A stretch of 57,032 bases of DNA, the filler included, from Platydemus manokwari (lineage: Eukaryota): the NCBI GenBank assembly GCA_037951405.1. It is 5 parts of 5 records of this genome, joined end to end, with 100 filler letters (N's around TTAATTAATTAA, not from the genome) between each part and the next. Parts side by side here need not be neighbours in the genome. Positions count along the whole stretch, not along the records: positions 33,380 to 44,319 come from JBBMOY011035523.1; positions 44,420 to 57,032 come from JBBMOY010050013.1; 3 more parts are not named here. One strand, written 5' to 3'. The first letter of the stretch is position 1. The number at the start of each line of letters is the position of its first letter. A program made the position numbers and the translations under genes. Below the pieces are notes generated by a model, which was not told the origin of the DNA, made no database searches, and saw nothing but the letters and a program-made list of their open reading frames with translations. Below, one piece after another: positions 38,330 to 51,784 of the stretch.

Positions 38330-40140
38330 ACTAATTGGAATAATAGCTTCAATATATATTTTCAGAGAACTAGTAGAGATCAGTAAGACTCTACTGCAAG
38401 AATTCAGTATATTTGTAGCACGATTTGGATTAAGTCTCATGACATCCGAAGAGAACTTATACATATAATGATAAATATTGTAGGATATCTTAATGATATA
38501 AGTAAAGCTCATTATTTCACAAAAGCAGCAAAAATAGGAAGAAAAGATAAAGTGACTTGGTGGATGAATATATAAAAATGTTGACATATGAAGGTCAAGA
38601 ATTAGATGACGACATATATCCGATTGACATATGATGCAGTCATATGAAGTAAGCAAGATTACTGTATTTTATCTGGATAGTTAAGGACAAATGATGCCAA
38701 CCACCTGACTCACTGCACCACTAAAATAATTTACCAAAACTTCAACAAAGAGAGGTACAACGTAGCCTACTTAGTAATGGAACACCTTTACCAATAGCAG
38801 AAGAACCTACAAAAGTAACAAGAGAAATAGAAAACCCAAATCATGTTATATTGAAAGATATCCAGAAGGATAGGGAATCAGAAAAAATCCAGATCCAAGA
38901 AGATACCTAACTAAAAGAAACTCAAGTGGAAATCTTCGAGTCACAAACGGAAGTCGATTATGAACAATTGGTTCCATCTACCAAGAAAATATAAGAAAAT
39001 AAGCAGAAGTTACATAGCTAGAAAGTAGAATTGAACCAGCTGTCCAAGCGAAGGTTGAACCGATACTTCTTATGGGAAGGACTGATTAAAGAAAAGAGTA
39101 AACCAAAATAATGCAAGACAAGAGAAACACCAAATATAGAATTTGGCCCAAAAATGGCCTTGATATTGTTAATAGGAAACATTGTAATGAGTTTATTTAA
39201 TAAAACAAGAACCACGGCCATAGAAGCTTTTGATTGGGATAAATTGCAGCTTGGGAAAATATATTTATTATCGAATTTAGAAGAATGTCCAGAAGCTCAA
39301 TCAATGAAAATAAATATAGCAAATTATATATACCACGTGTATAAAGAAAGAGGTGGCAGAAGGGTAAGACAATGAAGATTGAAAAGAGCTAAGTTCGAAT
39401 ACTAATTAGGATCTAAATTAGGAACTAACAGGAGCATCTGCTACCTTTCAAAGAAGGACGACCATTGTTTTAATGGAAATATTTCATGCCATGGTATATA
39501 GACGATACAATTATTTTCTCAGGAATTTAGTAGAAAACATAGTGAATGTCTTAAAAGATCAAGATGTGCAGGCTTTAAAAATAAAACCAAACAAATGCGA
39601 TTGAGCTAGACCATAAGTGATATACGTAGGACATGCTATCTTTACATGTGGAATTAAATCCAACCCAAATAATGTGAAAAAGGTACAAAAGCTTCTAATA
39701 TCAAAATCTATTAAAGGGATCAGAGAGTTTTTATGACTAGTCGGATATTACCGACGATTTATTAAAAATTTCAGAAGGATAGAAGCCCCAATATATGATC
39801 TGCTACAATGAGTAAAATAAAAAACAAAAAGTGTTTAAAAGAAGAAATTAAATAAAATGATATCCGATAAAGAAATAGGAAAGGTTTAAATAATGCAAAC
39901 GTTCAAATGGGAACAGAAGCAGCAACAAGCGCTTGAAATGCTAAGAGTGTTTAACAACAGTTATAATGGCCAGAATGTGCAAACCATTTTACTCATTACC
40001 GATACTAGTCGGGTTGCAATAGGAACAGTACTAGAACAACAGAGGAACGGAGGAAAACATGTTATAGCATATGCCAGCATAGAGTCAAAAATGCATGAAA
40101 AGAAGCGATGTCGAAAATGCCGTAGCCGTTAAATAGGTTA
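38330..40140 (+). mobile_element. Decayed envelope-bearing Ty3/Gypsy element, copy 2: unknown domain - glycoprotein N-terminus - (deletion) - RT - RNase H
   Basis: LPIAEEP..REI..LKETQVEIFESQTEVDYEQLVP and WEGLIKEKSKPK match copy 1. Signal + IEAFDW...YLLSNLEECPEA at 39154-39410. Then LTGASATFQR..AMVY/IDDTIIFS, LKIKPNKC, LVGYYRRFIKNF..IEAPIYDLL, and ITDTSRVAIGTVLEQ...VIAYAS. Confidence 0.85.
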
Positions 40141-40348
40141 AAAAGAAAAGACAGCTAGAAAATGAAAAATAAAAAAATTAGTAATAATAATATTATTAAT
40201 AATTTTATAAAAACATAATATGTTAAGTCAATTACTGGTCCCAATAATCGTTTATATTTAAATATCACAATCACCCAGAATAAATATTGTTATCAATGTT
40301 AAGTTAATAATGGAAATCAGCTTTTTAGTTAATTTTATCGACAAATAA

Positions 40349-41723
40349 TTATTCGGTATATTCTGGATAATCTTCTAAATAATCCAATGTTTCTTCATGA
40401 CGAATCGATTCATCCACAGTAATATCCTTCAGAAGACTTCCGTCTTTAAAATGGGCTTTGAATTCTTCTTTAAATCTTTCTGTAAATTACTGAGTAAATC
40501 ACTGATTGAAAATGTAGATATAAATAACCAGAATGATGTTTCAAAGGACTTCCACGTCCACCATATTCGATAGGTAAGAGATCTTTCAATCCAGGAATAT
40601 TTTTGAATGCTACGTCCATATCATTAGTTCGAATAATCTGAAATTCATAATTCATAAAGTAATAATAAACCAATCACCAATCAAAACCATGATAATAGTA
40701 AAATATTAATAAAATATTATATCTAGCTAATTTTAAAAATCTGTTCAACAAAATATAAACTATTTACGCACTTTGCCATCAAATTGTTTCTTCAAATGAA
40801 AACTCCACATTTTGAACGCATCATCAAAAATTGCAGGCACATTGTAAAATACATGAACTTTCATTCGCCAAGGGAAAATATCCTAAAATTGATTTCATTA
40901 AATATCTAAATCAAAAATCATTCAGAACGTTACTTGATGGCACCTTGCTACTTCCATTAAATATTTATTGTCAGTCCATGCTTTCGCTACTTTCGGCGAG
41001 GCATCTGTCATATCATAGAATAATCTTACTCCATGGATTTGAGTCTCTTCTTCAGACTGAATAACTTCAAATCCCATAAAGTACAACGCAGTAACTTGAA
41101 TTTTAGAAATCGTATCAGGATTCCAGTATTCTAAAGAGGAAATGTGAAAAAAATTGAACTGGTTGCGATAAACAAAATAGGAACTCTTTCACCATCACAA
41201 TTCATATCATTACAATTATATATTATCATCATAAAACATTATTACTTAATGGGGAAAAAATAATTAATTCTCCGTCGCTATTTCTTCCCAATGGTGTAAA
41301 CAGTCTAAATATTTCACGATTTTTATAAGTATTTGAATTACTATGAAGTCTACTGTAAGTTCAGAAATTCATTAATCATCGCGTCATCGATTTTGGCATA
41401 ATCGAAAAAATGAGGACTTCCCCTATGAGAACTTCTCACTGTACAAAAAGAATCCAAGTGTTTTTGAGCTGCTTTCAAATCAAATTTCGCTGTTCTTAGA
41501 AATCGAAGTAAGAATTTAGAATCTATTCAAATCAATTATAATATAATGATGAATATTATTTTATTATCATACCTGTCGGACAATTGAAATGTGGCATTGC
41601 TATCGCCCATTTTCTCAGTTGGTCAATTTGTTCGTGGATTTTGTCTGGATCTTCATTCAAATCATTAATAGCAAATTGTTTCGATGATTTGCTAATTTTA
41701 TCATAATCATATTTATCAGTCAT
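40349..41723 (-). CDS. CRAL-TRIO domain lipid-binding protein (alpha-TTP/clavesin/RLBP1-like), ~7 exons, apparently intact
   Basis: LNEDPDKIHEQIDQLRKW...DSKFLLRFLRTAKFD (CRAL-TRIO N), EETQIHGVRLFYDMT, YFPWRMKVHVFY, DLLPIEYGG. GT-AG introns preserve the frame. Confidence 0.9.
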
Positions 41724-42877
41724 TATCACTGTGTCGGTTTTAAAAATTCAGAAATTTATTCTCAAAATCGAATCAATCTAATATTTTATAAACAAAAAAT
41801 AACACACAGTATTGAAAGTCATTAGCTGAAATACATTTTAACGGCCCTGTGATTGCTGAGTGGTTAATGTTTAGGGCGCTAAGCCAGTGTAATTAACAAG
41901 TGGTCAAATTTTACATTTTTATGTAAATGTACAAATCAATAATATCGATATTCTTAAGTGAAAACATTTTTGTAAAATCCAGCACTTTAAAGAATCACAT
42001 ATTTGGAAAAAACTGTTCACTCCAATTAAATAATATTTGATAAATATAAACTTCATTTATCAGAAAATATATTTTATCATTGGTCAGCAATATTTTATTT
42101 ATTTTCTACACGTTATAAAAATTGATAATCTTTTTTAGATTACACATTTTTAAATTGATTCTTCAGTAAATATTTATCAGTGAAACCAACAATTCAAATG
42201 TTTCATTTTTAGTCTCACTCAAAATAGTGTTCAAAAAAGTGTAAATGCAGAATTGAAAAAATTGAAATTATAAAATAACAGTTCTTAAAAATTTAATAAA
42301 ATCGTCAACACATAAGTCTCGAAAATTGTAAATTCAAATAAATCACAAAAAACAAAAGTTCCAAAAGTAAAATATCAGAAAACAAGAGCTCAAAACTCGA
42401 ACGATTAAAACAACGACAAAAATCAATAACTTTTAATTGCCGCTGAGAATCGACTTCTTTTATAAACTTATCTTTTGTGATGATTTGTTATCATACAGTT
42501 TTCATTTCATTTATTATAACCCCCTGAAGACCAGCCTTCTATCTTTATATAACATTATCGTATCTCGATGTTCATTGACTGTGGTTAATGTGCGCCATAT
42601 TCTCATATATGTTGCCCTAGTAATTGATTTTGATTTTCCGATTGTTGTCAGTACAGTAGTTTTATATTAGGTGGTTACTGATCATTATTGAGTGAATGAG
42701 AGTGCTAATGTATTTTGTGAAATACATAAGACTAGAAAGTATATAAGGGAGCTTAGATCATGAGAATAATTTTAATTATTTCCTAGAATCTAGATCTGTA
42801 GTTTGATGAGTAGATGATTTATGATTTTGATTTGTTTTTAAACAGAGCTGAAGAAGTTAAGTATTTTATATTTTGAG

Positions 42878-43038
42878 ATATTTTTAATTAATTAAATTTT
42901 TAATTCTAATTTAATTCTAATTTTTTATAAAATCATATTTATATCTAATTAAATTTATTTTATTAAATATTTGTATTTAAATAGATTATTGGTATCTTGA
43001 TTTTTCAGTTCGTTTTTAATATGTTGGTTTTTAAAATA
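42878..43038 (+). repeat. Dispersed ~165-bp AT-rich repeat, copy 2
   Basis: Matches 6105-6268. Confidence 0.8.
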
Positions 43039-44079
43039 TATATAATATTTTACCGGTGTGATTTAGAAATTCACGGAAAAATTTTCAATAACAATGTTTG
43101 AAGTGTAAATATCTTGATTCTTTATGAAATTTATTTTTATTTTTTTAAAAAAAAATTCTTTTTCATTTAAGATTTTCAGCTGAATTTAACAACATGTTAT
43201 TTCCATCTGTTAATTGTATTGTTTTATGAAACAGTCCTATTTTAAATATATACTCCAAAAAACAATATTACATACGTTTTATAATTTTAAATTACAATTA
43301 TAATATATTATAATTTTATATTTATCATAATTTTTTGTCTCTCTTTGTCCAGTTTGCTTTAATTCTGTGTTTATCTTTATCAGTTATAATTCTCTATTTT
43401 TAGATTAAATAATTAATTTCATTTATTTCAAGGATTTATTTAATCCATGTTTATATTATTATCAATCTTTTTACATGAATCATTATTCACTAAACAATTT
43501 TATTCCATTTATAATAATTATCATTCAAATTTTGTGCCCGACAGTTATTTTTAAATTCCACAAGATCATCTTTGTGTCGTTCGTGTTATCCACAATACTC
43601 TCACCTAGTTTCTTAAATCTAAATTCTGCGAATTAATTTTTAAATTTATATTTAAAATTTTGATAATGGTTATTTACTTTCATTAATGTTGAATTATACT
43701 GAATGCATTCCATGGTGATTGACTTCTATTTCTCTTAATTAAAAAAAATATTTTGTCTTCTAATGTTAATCACTGGATGAACAGATTGATATTAATCTAG
43801 TAATCTATAATTATTCATTGAGATGAAACCATTAGTTCCTGCTGACCGAAATGTTTAAACTTATGAATGGAATGTCGTTATTAAAATTCTTATTTAAAAT
43901 TATGCTTATTTATATTGTAATTCACTTTTTCAACAATTTTCAATTCATTGTTGACATCTTCAAGAGGTGATCTTTCTAAATTTATTGAAGTTTGACAATT
44001 TTTAGTACTCTCTAATAAAACATTTATAATTTTTCTTCATCAATTCACAAACACCAACTTTTGATGCGATATGAAATTT

Positions 44080-44284
44080 CATAATAATAATAGCAATAAT
44101 AACAATAATAATGATAATATTAATAATAATGATAATAATAATAAAAATAATATTAATAATAACACTAATTATAATTACAATATTAATAATAGCAATAATA
44201 ATAATAATAATAATAATAAATAATAATAATTAATAATATTAATATTAATAATAATATTAATAATGGTAATAATAATAACAATAA

Positions 44285-44318
<34 letters not shown>

Positions 44319-44319
44319 C
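44080..44319. repeat. (AAT)n microsatellite abutting a gap
   Basis: Direct inspection. Confidence 0.9.
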
Positions 44320-44419
44320 NNNNNNNNNNNNNNNNNNNNNNNNNNNNNNNNNNNNNNNNNNNNTTAATTAATTAANNNNNNNNNNNNNNNNNNNNNNNNN
44401 NNNNNNNNNNNNNNNNNNN
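44320..44419. other. Assembly gap/linker
   Basis: 44N-TTAATTAATTAA-44N. Confidence 0.97.
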
Positions 44420-44599
44420 ATGTTTAAATGATTTGGTAAAACAAAAACTTTAAACAACTAAAAAACATGAATAACTTTTGACTCAGCCTAATAATTAATC
44501 GAAAAATTTACCGATTGCATTCCTGAGTAGTGATAATTGAAGGCGCTGCGAAAGTTTCGACGAGCTGTAGATTATACGATGAAAATCATTGGACACTTC

Positions 44600-44890
44600 T
44601 GCAGTTTCATCTGAAAATTTGAAGGATTGAAATCCAATTAGCCAAATTTATCTGGAGATTCGAATAATTTATCCGAAGATTAGAAGGATTGAAATTCAAT
44701 TGAACAAATTTATCTGAAGATGTGGATGATTGAGATCCAAATAAACAAATTTATTTGACCATTGGAATGATTTATCTGAGATTCGAAGTATGGAAATCCA
44801 ATAAACAAGTTTATACAAATTTATCCGAATGATTGAAATACCAATAAACAAATTTATTTGAAGGTTTGAACGATTTATCTGAGATTCCGA
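44600..44890. repeat. Composite minisatellite of ~41-bp (gaaggattgaaatccaataaacaaatttatctgaagatt) and ~21-bp (gaatgatttatctgagattc) units
   Basis: About five long and three short degenerate units in tandem. Confidence 0.75.
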
Positions 44891-46895
44891 GCACTTGTAG
44901 AACGAGACGCTAAATTGAATTTGATGAGAAATTATTCTGGCGAATCACCTAAATCGCCCACTATTTTATAGAAATTTTCCTTGTGGGCGTACGTGGGATT
45001 TGATTATTTATTTTTCAGATTAATTCGGGATTTTATAATTTTATTTGCTATTGCCATGGTGATATATTAAATCACCATGATTATGTGTTTATTAAATATT
45101 ATTATTTTGTTACCATGGTGACGTATTAATTCACCATGGTGATGTATCATGAATTTTATTATTATTTTTATTATTATTATATTTTTCGATGGTGTGGGAG
45201 TGCGTGGGCAATTTATTTTATTAATTTTATCATTAGTAAATTATTTTATTTATATTTTGGTTGCCAACAATTACACAGCCAAAATATTGACCTATGTATA
45301 TTATAATGAATAAAACATATTTTTTAATCAATAAATACAAGCCCTATGGAAAATATAATTTTAAAAATGAACATGAAGACATGTGCGTCAGTTTCTTCCA
45401 ATTACACTGTGATACCATACAATCACTAACTAACACTAAAAAATAAACAACTTCCTTAGAGCTACACATGCCTCAGGATTGAATTCTCCAAAATAAAGCA
45501 TATCACCTTAATATGACAAAAATAAATTGTTAGCTCGCTCTTTAATCGCTAATTTTTTTTAAATCGCTAATATCCCTCTGTGTGCATCCTGTTATTCAAT
45601 CTTATGACAATATTAACGTATTCTTTATTCAATCTAATTTCCGGTAATAGTTGAAGATTGTTATTTTCAACTTTAAATTAATTTTCCTGCTATTAAACTA
45701 TTCCTGCACTATTTAATTAATTAACAGTGACATTTATGTTAAAAACATTAAACAGACATTGAATTGTGATCGTTGCTTTTCTCATATAATTTAGCGATTT
45801 TTATCCTTTTTCGTCTAAAATTGAATAAAATATCATAAGTCAAAATATGATAAAATATCATTATAGATAAATTTTGAAATTAAATGTTACACGAAAAATC
45901 ATTACATTAAAATTAGCTCATTGTTCACATTATCAACAAAGATTACAGAACGAAAATAATTTTACAGAAAAAAGTTACATAGTGAAACATATTATTATGA
46001 TGAATTTTATTGGTTTACAAAAGTATCGGCTCATAAGATCATAATGATATATCACTGGTTCTGTCTTACCACTGGGATTCTGAAATTAGCATGCTTAAAA
46101 TTTGACACTAAGCTGTTTTTAATCTTTAACTTTAAAATCTATCGTACATTCGTTAATACTAACCAAAATTTATGATTATTGAAAATTCAGTAATAATTTA
46201 TAAACGTCTAATTGAGAGGCGAGTGGAAGGGTTCAGAGTAAAATTTAACTATAGAAATATTTTTTTATTTGATTTCTAAAAATAATAACTTGTTATGCTT
46301 GATAAAAACGTGTAAATAAGAAATAAATCAAAACTAATCACTTTATTTTAATTCAACATAAGGCTATGCAAATTATTCCAAATGTTCAACAAATTAAGTA
46401 AATCGTTCGAAATTTAATCTTATATTGCACCATTTTTATTCATAGATATTCTAATCACCAAGGTGACATAGTTACAATCATTTTGGTTTTAAAAGATTTT
46501 TGTTATCCCTATATTCTTTGGATGCTTTCGGTCTCACAATCCAATGACAGCTATGATTACTAATAACAATTGGATGCCAATGCTATCAACTGCATAATAT
46601 GTTTTACGTTTCATGAATATTATTTTACCTTTAATCGATTATAAAATTAAAATAAAAATGTAGGAACGCGTAAGAGAAAATCATTTTCAAAAACATTCAA
46701 TTATACAAGAAACAGATTATCAGACAATTTCTGATTAAAATATTGCAATAAAGATAAAATTGTAATTTTATCAAAAATAAAATAATTCAAATTTTTCTTC
46801 ATTGAATTAATTTTATACCAAGGTAATATATGAAAATCATAATAAATTTATTAAACCACAAATCCGTTATTTCGATCACAATGTTTCGCAGTATG

Positions 46896-49800
46896 TTAAT
46901 GGTATGCATATCGTTCCTATATATAGGATAAATAAATTTAACTTTCACAAATATCAACAGACCTGAACTTTACTCATCATACCGTTAGCGAATGATGATA
47001 ACTTCCCAGCAACCTTGGTAACCCCGTTCCTGATCCCTTCTTTCAATTCATACATATCTGGAGCATAATAACCAGAAGTATCTTTGTTAGAAACACCCGT
47101 GTTAGGACCTCCTCCGAAGTAATCATCGCTAGAAATAGACGCACTACCCTGAAATCGTGATAGGTGAAATGTTTGGGAATCCTCATTCTAAATGAGAAAA
47201 ACTAAATATGGAAAAAATCTCAAAAAATAAATTACATTATATCCATTATTGAAGGCATCAGAAGAAATAGATTTGGCATTTCCAAATTTTTTTTGTGCTA
47301 GCTCAGAACTATTTGTGGTAGCATCTGTATTTAAATCGTTTGATTTTTTACTAACGGTGGTACTACACAAAATAATTATAATTACAACCATTTTCTTCAA
47401 AAATCCATACCTTGATTTTAGATATCCGCTTTCTTCACTTTCTTTTGTTAAATCCGTCCATGTACTTTTGGTACCCCAATTATACAGATTATCCCAAGAT
47501 TCATCTTTTGATTGTAATGATTTACCATTACTATTTCGACTAATTGGATTTGTTACTTCATCCAAATAATCATATTTAACTCCAGATCTTGTAAATTCTG
47601 GTGACTTATTACCATTGTTTTTAGATGGTTGGCCTTCTTGGTTTATAACTTTCAAACTGGTAAAAGCTGAGTGGCTTATTCCTCTAATGTATGATTAAAT
47701 CGAAAATAATGAAATTATAATAATTATATTATAACAAATCTTACTTATTTCCTAAACCAATACCACTCATTCCAAGTCGATCTACTTGATCGGCCTTTTT
47801 AGGGTCCATCTTCTTAATTTCATCGTCTTGTTTTTTACGGTTATTATCTATTTCTTTATACGCCAATCGAATTGAAGTGCTAAGGAAAATTTTAAATTAT
47901 TAATTATGCTTTCTCCCAAAAGTGTCATTTAATAATGTTAATAAAGTCAAATTTTTTAATCTCAAAATCATTTTAACATCGAAAAAATATTCTTAGATAT
48001 AAATAATATCTGTTTATTAATCCTCTTAATGTTATATTTCAATTAAAATTCTTGAAAAAATCATGGCAATGTAATCTTTGATATTTTATATCAATAAATA
48101 AATAATATTTTCATCTAATAATAGGGTAAGGAAAATTATTTTTAACCATCAAACTATTTTTCAATGGTAAATTTTGAAAAAAATCTAAATAATGATTGTA
48201 AATTTGAATCAAATTAAACATAATCATAAAATAATTAATTATACATTTTTTCTTCTTCAATTTGCTTAGCTTTAGCGGCATTTTCAATTGCCAGATTGGC
48301 ATTTTTTTCGCGAATCAAATCATTTTCTCTAGCTAATGTTTCAATTGCTGAAAAATCACCAGATACCTTCGACCCACCCAATCCTAAGCCTTTTGATTTC
48401 CTATTGCTCACCTACAATAAAGCAAACCAATTAATATATTTATTTATTATATTTACATACTTTTGAAGAACCAATGAGATTTTTTCTATCTGGTTTAAAT
48501 TTGTGTAATTCATTTTGAGATATGATATTTGAATCATTTGAAACTTAATAATTTAATAAATTATGATCAAGCATAAAAATAACTCTACTTTCATCGTGAA
48601 ATATATTTTTTTCCTGATCATTATTTTTCTTATTGATTGAGTTCAATGTTTCAGAGATATTTTCAGTTGTGTGTTCTTCAAAGAAATCAACTTCCTTTAA
48701 TTGAGGAGATTTGGCTTTTTCTTCGGAATGAGAATCGATGTGTAACTATTTAAAATTATATAAACATAAAAATTGAAAAAAACACTTAACATCATTATGT
48801 AAATAAGTTTTTTAAAATATTTTTCGAGCAAAATAATAATTCTAAACTCAAATGATACAAAAATATTTTTACAAATAATTGCTGCACTCAGGAATTATAA
48901 AATTGAATAAACTCCAAACCAAAGTATATAAGTCTAAGTCATTAGGTTATTCTAGTGCGACTTTGAAGTAATAAGTAATTATTTCTTGTTCTATTCTTTG
49001 AAAATCAGATCAACTTCGATGTAATCACAGAAATATCCATTTTTTATATTTAGTAGAGTATTAATATTGGTTTTAGGACCTCACAAATGACAAGTTAAAA
49101 AATATGCAGCAATGTCATTTGCAGATATCATGTTAGAATTCAGTGAAAATTATTTTGAGATCAAAATTTATTTTAAGAAAACAAATATATTAGTTAATTA
49201 CCATTTTAATCTTAAGTTATAAAATATGAACATTAATAAAACAAACATTTTTGATTTTGTAGCTACGGCTACATCGGTGTTTTAAATTGCTCTACTACTT
49301 GTATTTATAAAAATATCACTTCCATCTATATTTCTAATCTCAACTGGTCTTTTTCCAATTTAAATTATTTAATTAAAACCCATTCTTTAAGTGCTGATAC
49401 GAGGATATTATATATAATATAAAAAAATTATTATTTGTTACTGTTATTTTTCTTATTGTATGAAGCCAATGTCAAATAATAAGCTATTAAAGTTTAGTTG
49501 TCATTTATTAAATTATAAGCAGTAAAATTAAAATTATCATCGCACACTCAATCTTTCAAATGACTTCATAATAATATTTTATTTAGTACTTAATTATTTA
49601 AACTGACAAATTCTTGAAACACAAATTTATTTTAATTAAATTAAAAATGAAAATTCAAATTCTTAAAGATCCAAATATGACAAATTAACAATAGCAATGT
49701 AGCATTTCTCATTTAAAGGCGCAAAAATGTTTGACTAGAAATTATAAATTCTGATTATAAATTATCAGTCAAATGAAATGACATATCTTTAAAATGAAAT

Positions 49801-50665
49801 CAATAATGGTTTTGAATTAGAACTAATTTTTAGCTTTATAACAATTATTAATATTCTAGTTGAATAATTCCTAATTTCACAAAAAGTAAAATTTATTACT
49901 TAATCCTTAAAATATTATTATTATATAATTAAATAAAGAACCCTATTATTTTTAAAGTCTCAAGAATATGCTTTAAAGCAAAGCAAAGAAATTATAAACA
50001 ATAAAAAACAAATTGTCATCAAATCACTGTAATTCATAAAAAATTATAATTTATTATAAAAATGCGAAACATTATCAATTATAAATTAAATCATCTTAAA
50101 AATGATCATATGAATATTACAATTATAGAATAGAAACTTACCCGTGTCCCATGAATTTTCATAGCATCTGTTGCTAATTTCTCAATTTTCGATTTGTAAA
50201 GTTTAGCTGCCCGACTATTATATTTTTGTTGGGCATCATTACTTGTAGACCCGTGTTGACGGAAAAATAATGTCTACCGATTAATTAATAAAAATTATAT
50301 GTTACACATATCAAACCATAAAAATAGATAACTACCGCTTGAGAATTTCCTCCCAGTTGCATTGCTCTCAACTGAATCCAAGTCCAATTTGTATCGAGCT
50401 GAATAGATCTTATAAACGTAATATGTACACCTAAGCCACGATGCACGGCAGAACAGTCGATACATAAAAATACTCCATAAGTAACACTAGCCCATGTCGG
50501 ATTATTAGCTCCACAGTCAAAACATATCTAAAAAATAATTTTATAACGATTATTTTTTATATCACTTAGCATCTATCACAAAAATTATACCTTATTGCTT
50601 TGAATACTTTTTAACTTTTTAAATATAGTTTGGATATCAGATTTAGAAGGTGGTTCAATAGTCAT
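46896..50665 (-). CDS. ARFGAP2/3: ADP-ribosylation factor GTPase-activating protein 2/3 (Glo3 family), ~10 exons, complete
   Basis: [12 protein letters not shown]|[41 protein letters not shown] (ArfGAP zinc finger), [37 protein letters not shown] (Glo3 motif), and C-terminal [20 protein letters not shown]. Confidence 0.95.
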
Positions 50666-51784
50666 TTAGAATTGACGTGTAAATTATGTTGATCAAAATA
50701 ACAGTAGTAGTAATACAAAGTAAAACAAACAGCATAAATCAATTTTGTAATATTTTCTATAATTATGATCGATGAAAATTTATAGTATATGTGTATTTAT
50801 TGTAATTATACAAGAATGGATTGTTAAACTTATTAAATTAATTTTAAATAAAAATTTTATATTTCCTATTAAATATTATATAAGTAACTTAATTTTGAAA
50901 ACTTAATTTTGAAAAATTAATTTTAAAAAGTAAAAATTTTGCAGTAAATAAAATAATTTATATAAATGAAAATCAATAAATGTATATATTACGTATTTTG
51001 ATTATAATAAAAATAGCTTTTGATTGTTCATTTTGACTTAATTTATTTGCTTATTCAACTCAAATGCGTAATTCAGAAGTTTATAAATGAAAATTAATGA
51101 AGAAATATAAATATTAACTTTATCCACCAGAGTTACAACTACGGCAATGAAAATGTATAACTCACAAGAATGATTGTCTTTTCATGTGGATTTATATGAT
51201 TAATTACTTTGCTATTTATTTGTTGATCATTAAAAATATTTTAAACCTTTAAAAAACTTCAAACTTCAAAATTTGAAAACAAGACTTTTTTCAGATGCAC
51301 ATACGAAAATTTAAAATCACGGAAATCTAATTTAAATCATCAATAATAGCTATAACGATATAATAAATAATAGATATAAGTTATAACGATATAATAAATC
51401 CATAAATATTATATTAACTCAAGCAACATAATTTAAAGAAATTATTATTATCAAGATCGGAATCAATCATCTATTACATCCATGTCTTATGCTTATAGAA
51501 TTAGCAATTTAAATCGGAGATTAATTAATATCTCGGTTTATAATTCTATCAAAAGATTTAATGGAATTTAATAAGGAAATTGTATTGATTTTCTACAATT
51601 TATCGTGAACATAATATGATAAAGTAACTTCACCAAAACAAATACACCCAATCATACACAAACACACACACACATTCACTGTCTCACTGTATTCGTCCCT
51701 GTATTCATCCATCCTGCATAATATTAATAACAATTTATTGATTTTACCAGCAACTAAATGAGAAAATTTAAATAATGTTTTCAC

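Noticed and set aside
43300-44080. Coding-like decayed minus-strand sequence
   Set aside because: No recognisable motif, so it cannot be assigned.
44600-44890. Repeats containing ATTGAAAT, superficially like CRISPR repeat ends
   Set aside because: No unique spacers, units are degenerate and contiguous, there are no cas genes, and the context is eukaryotic. It is a minisatellite.
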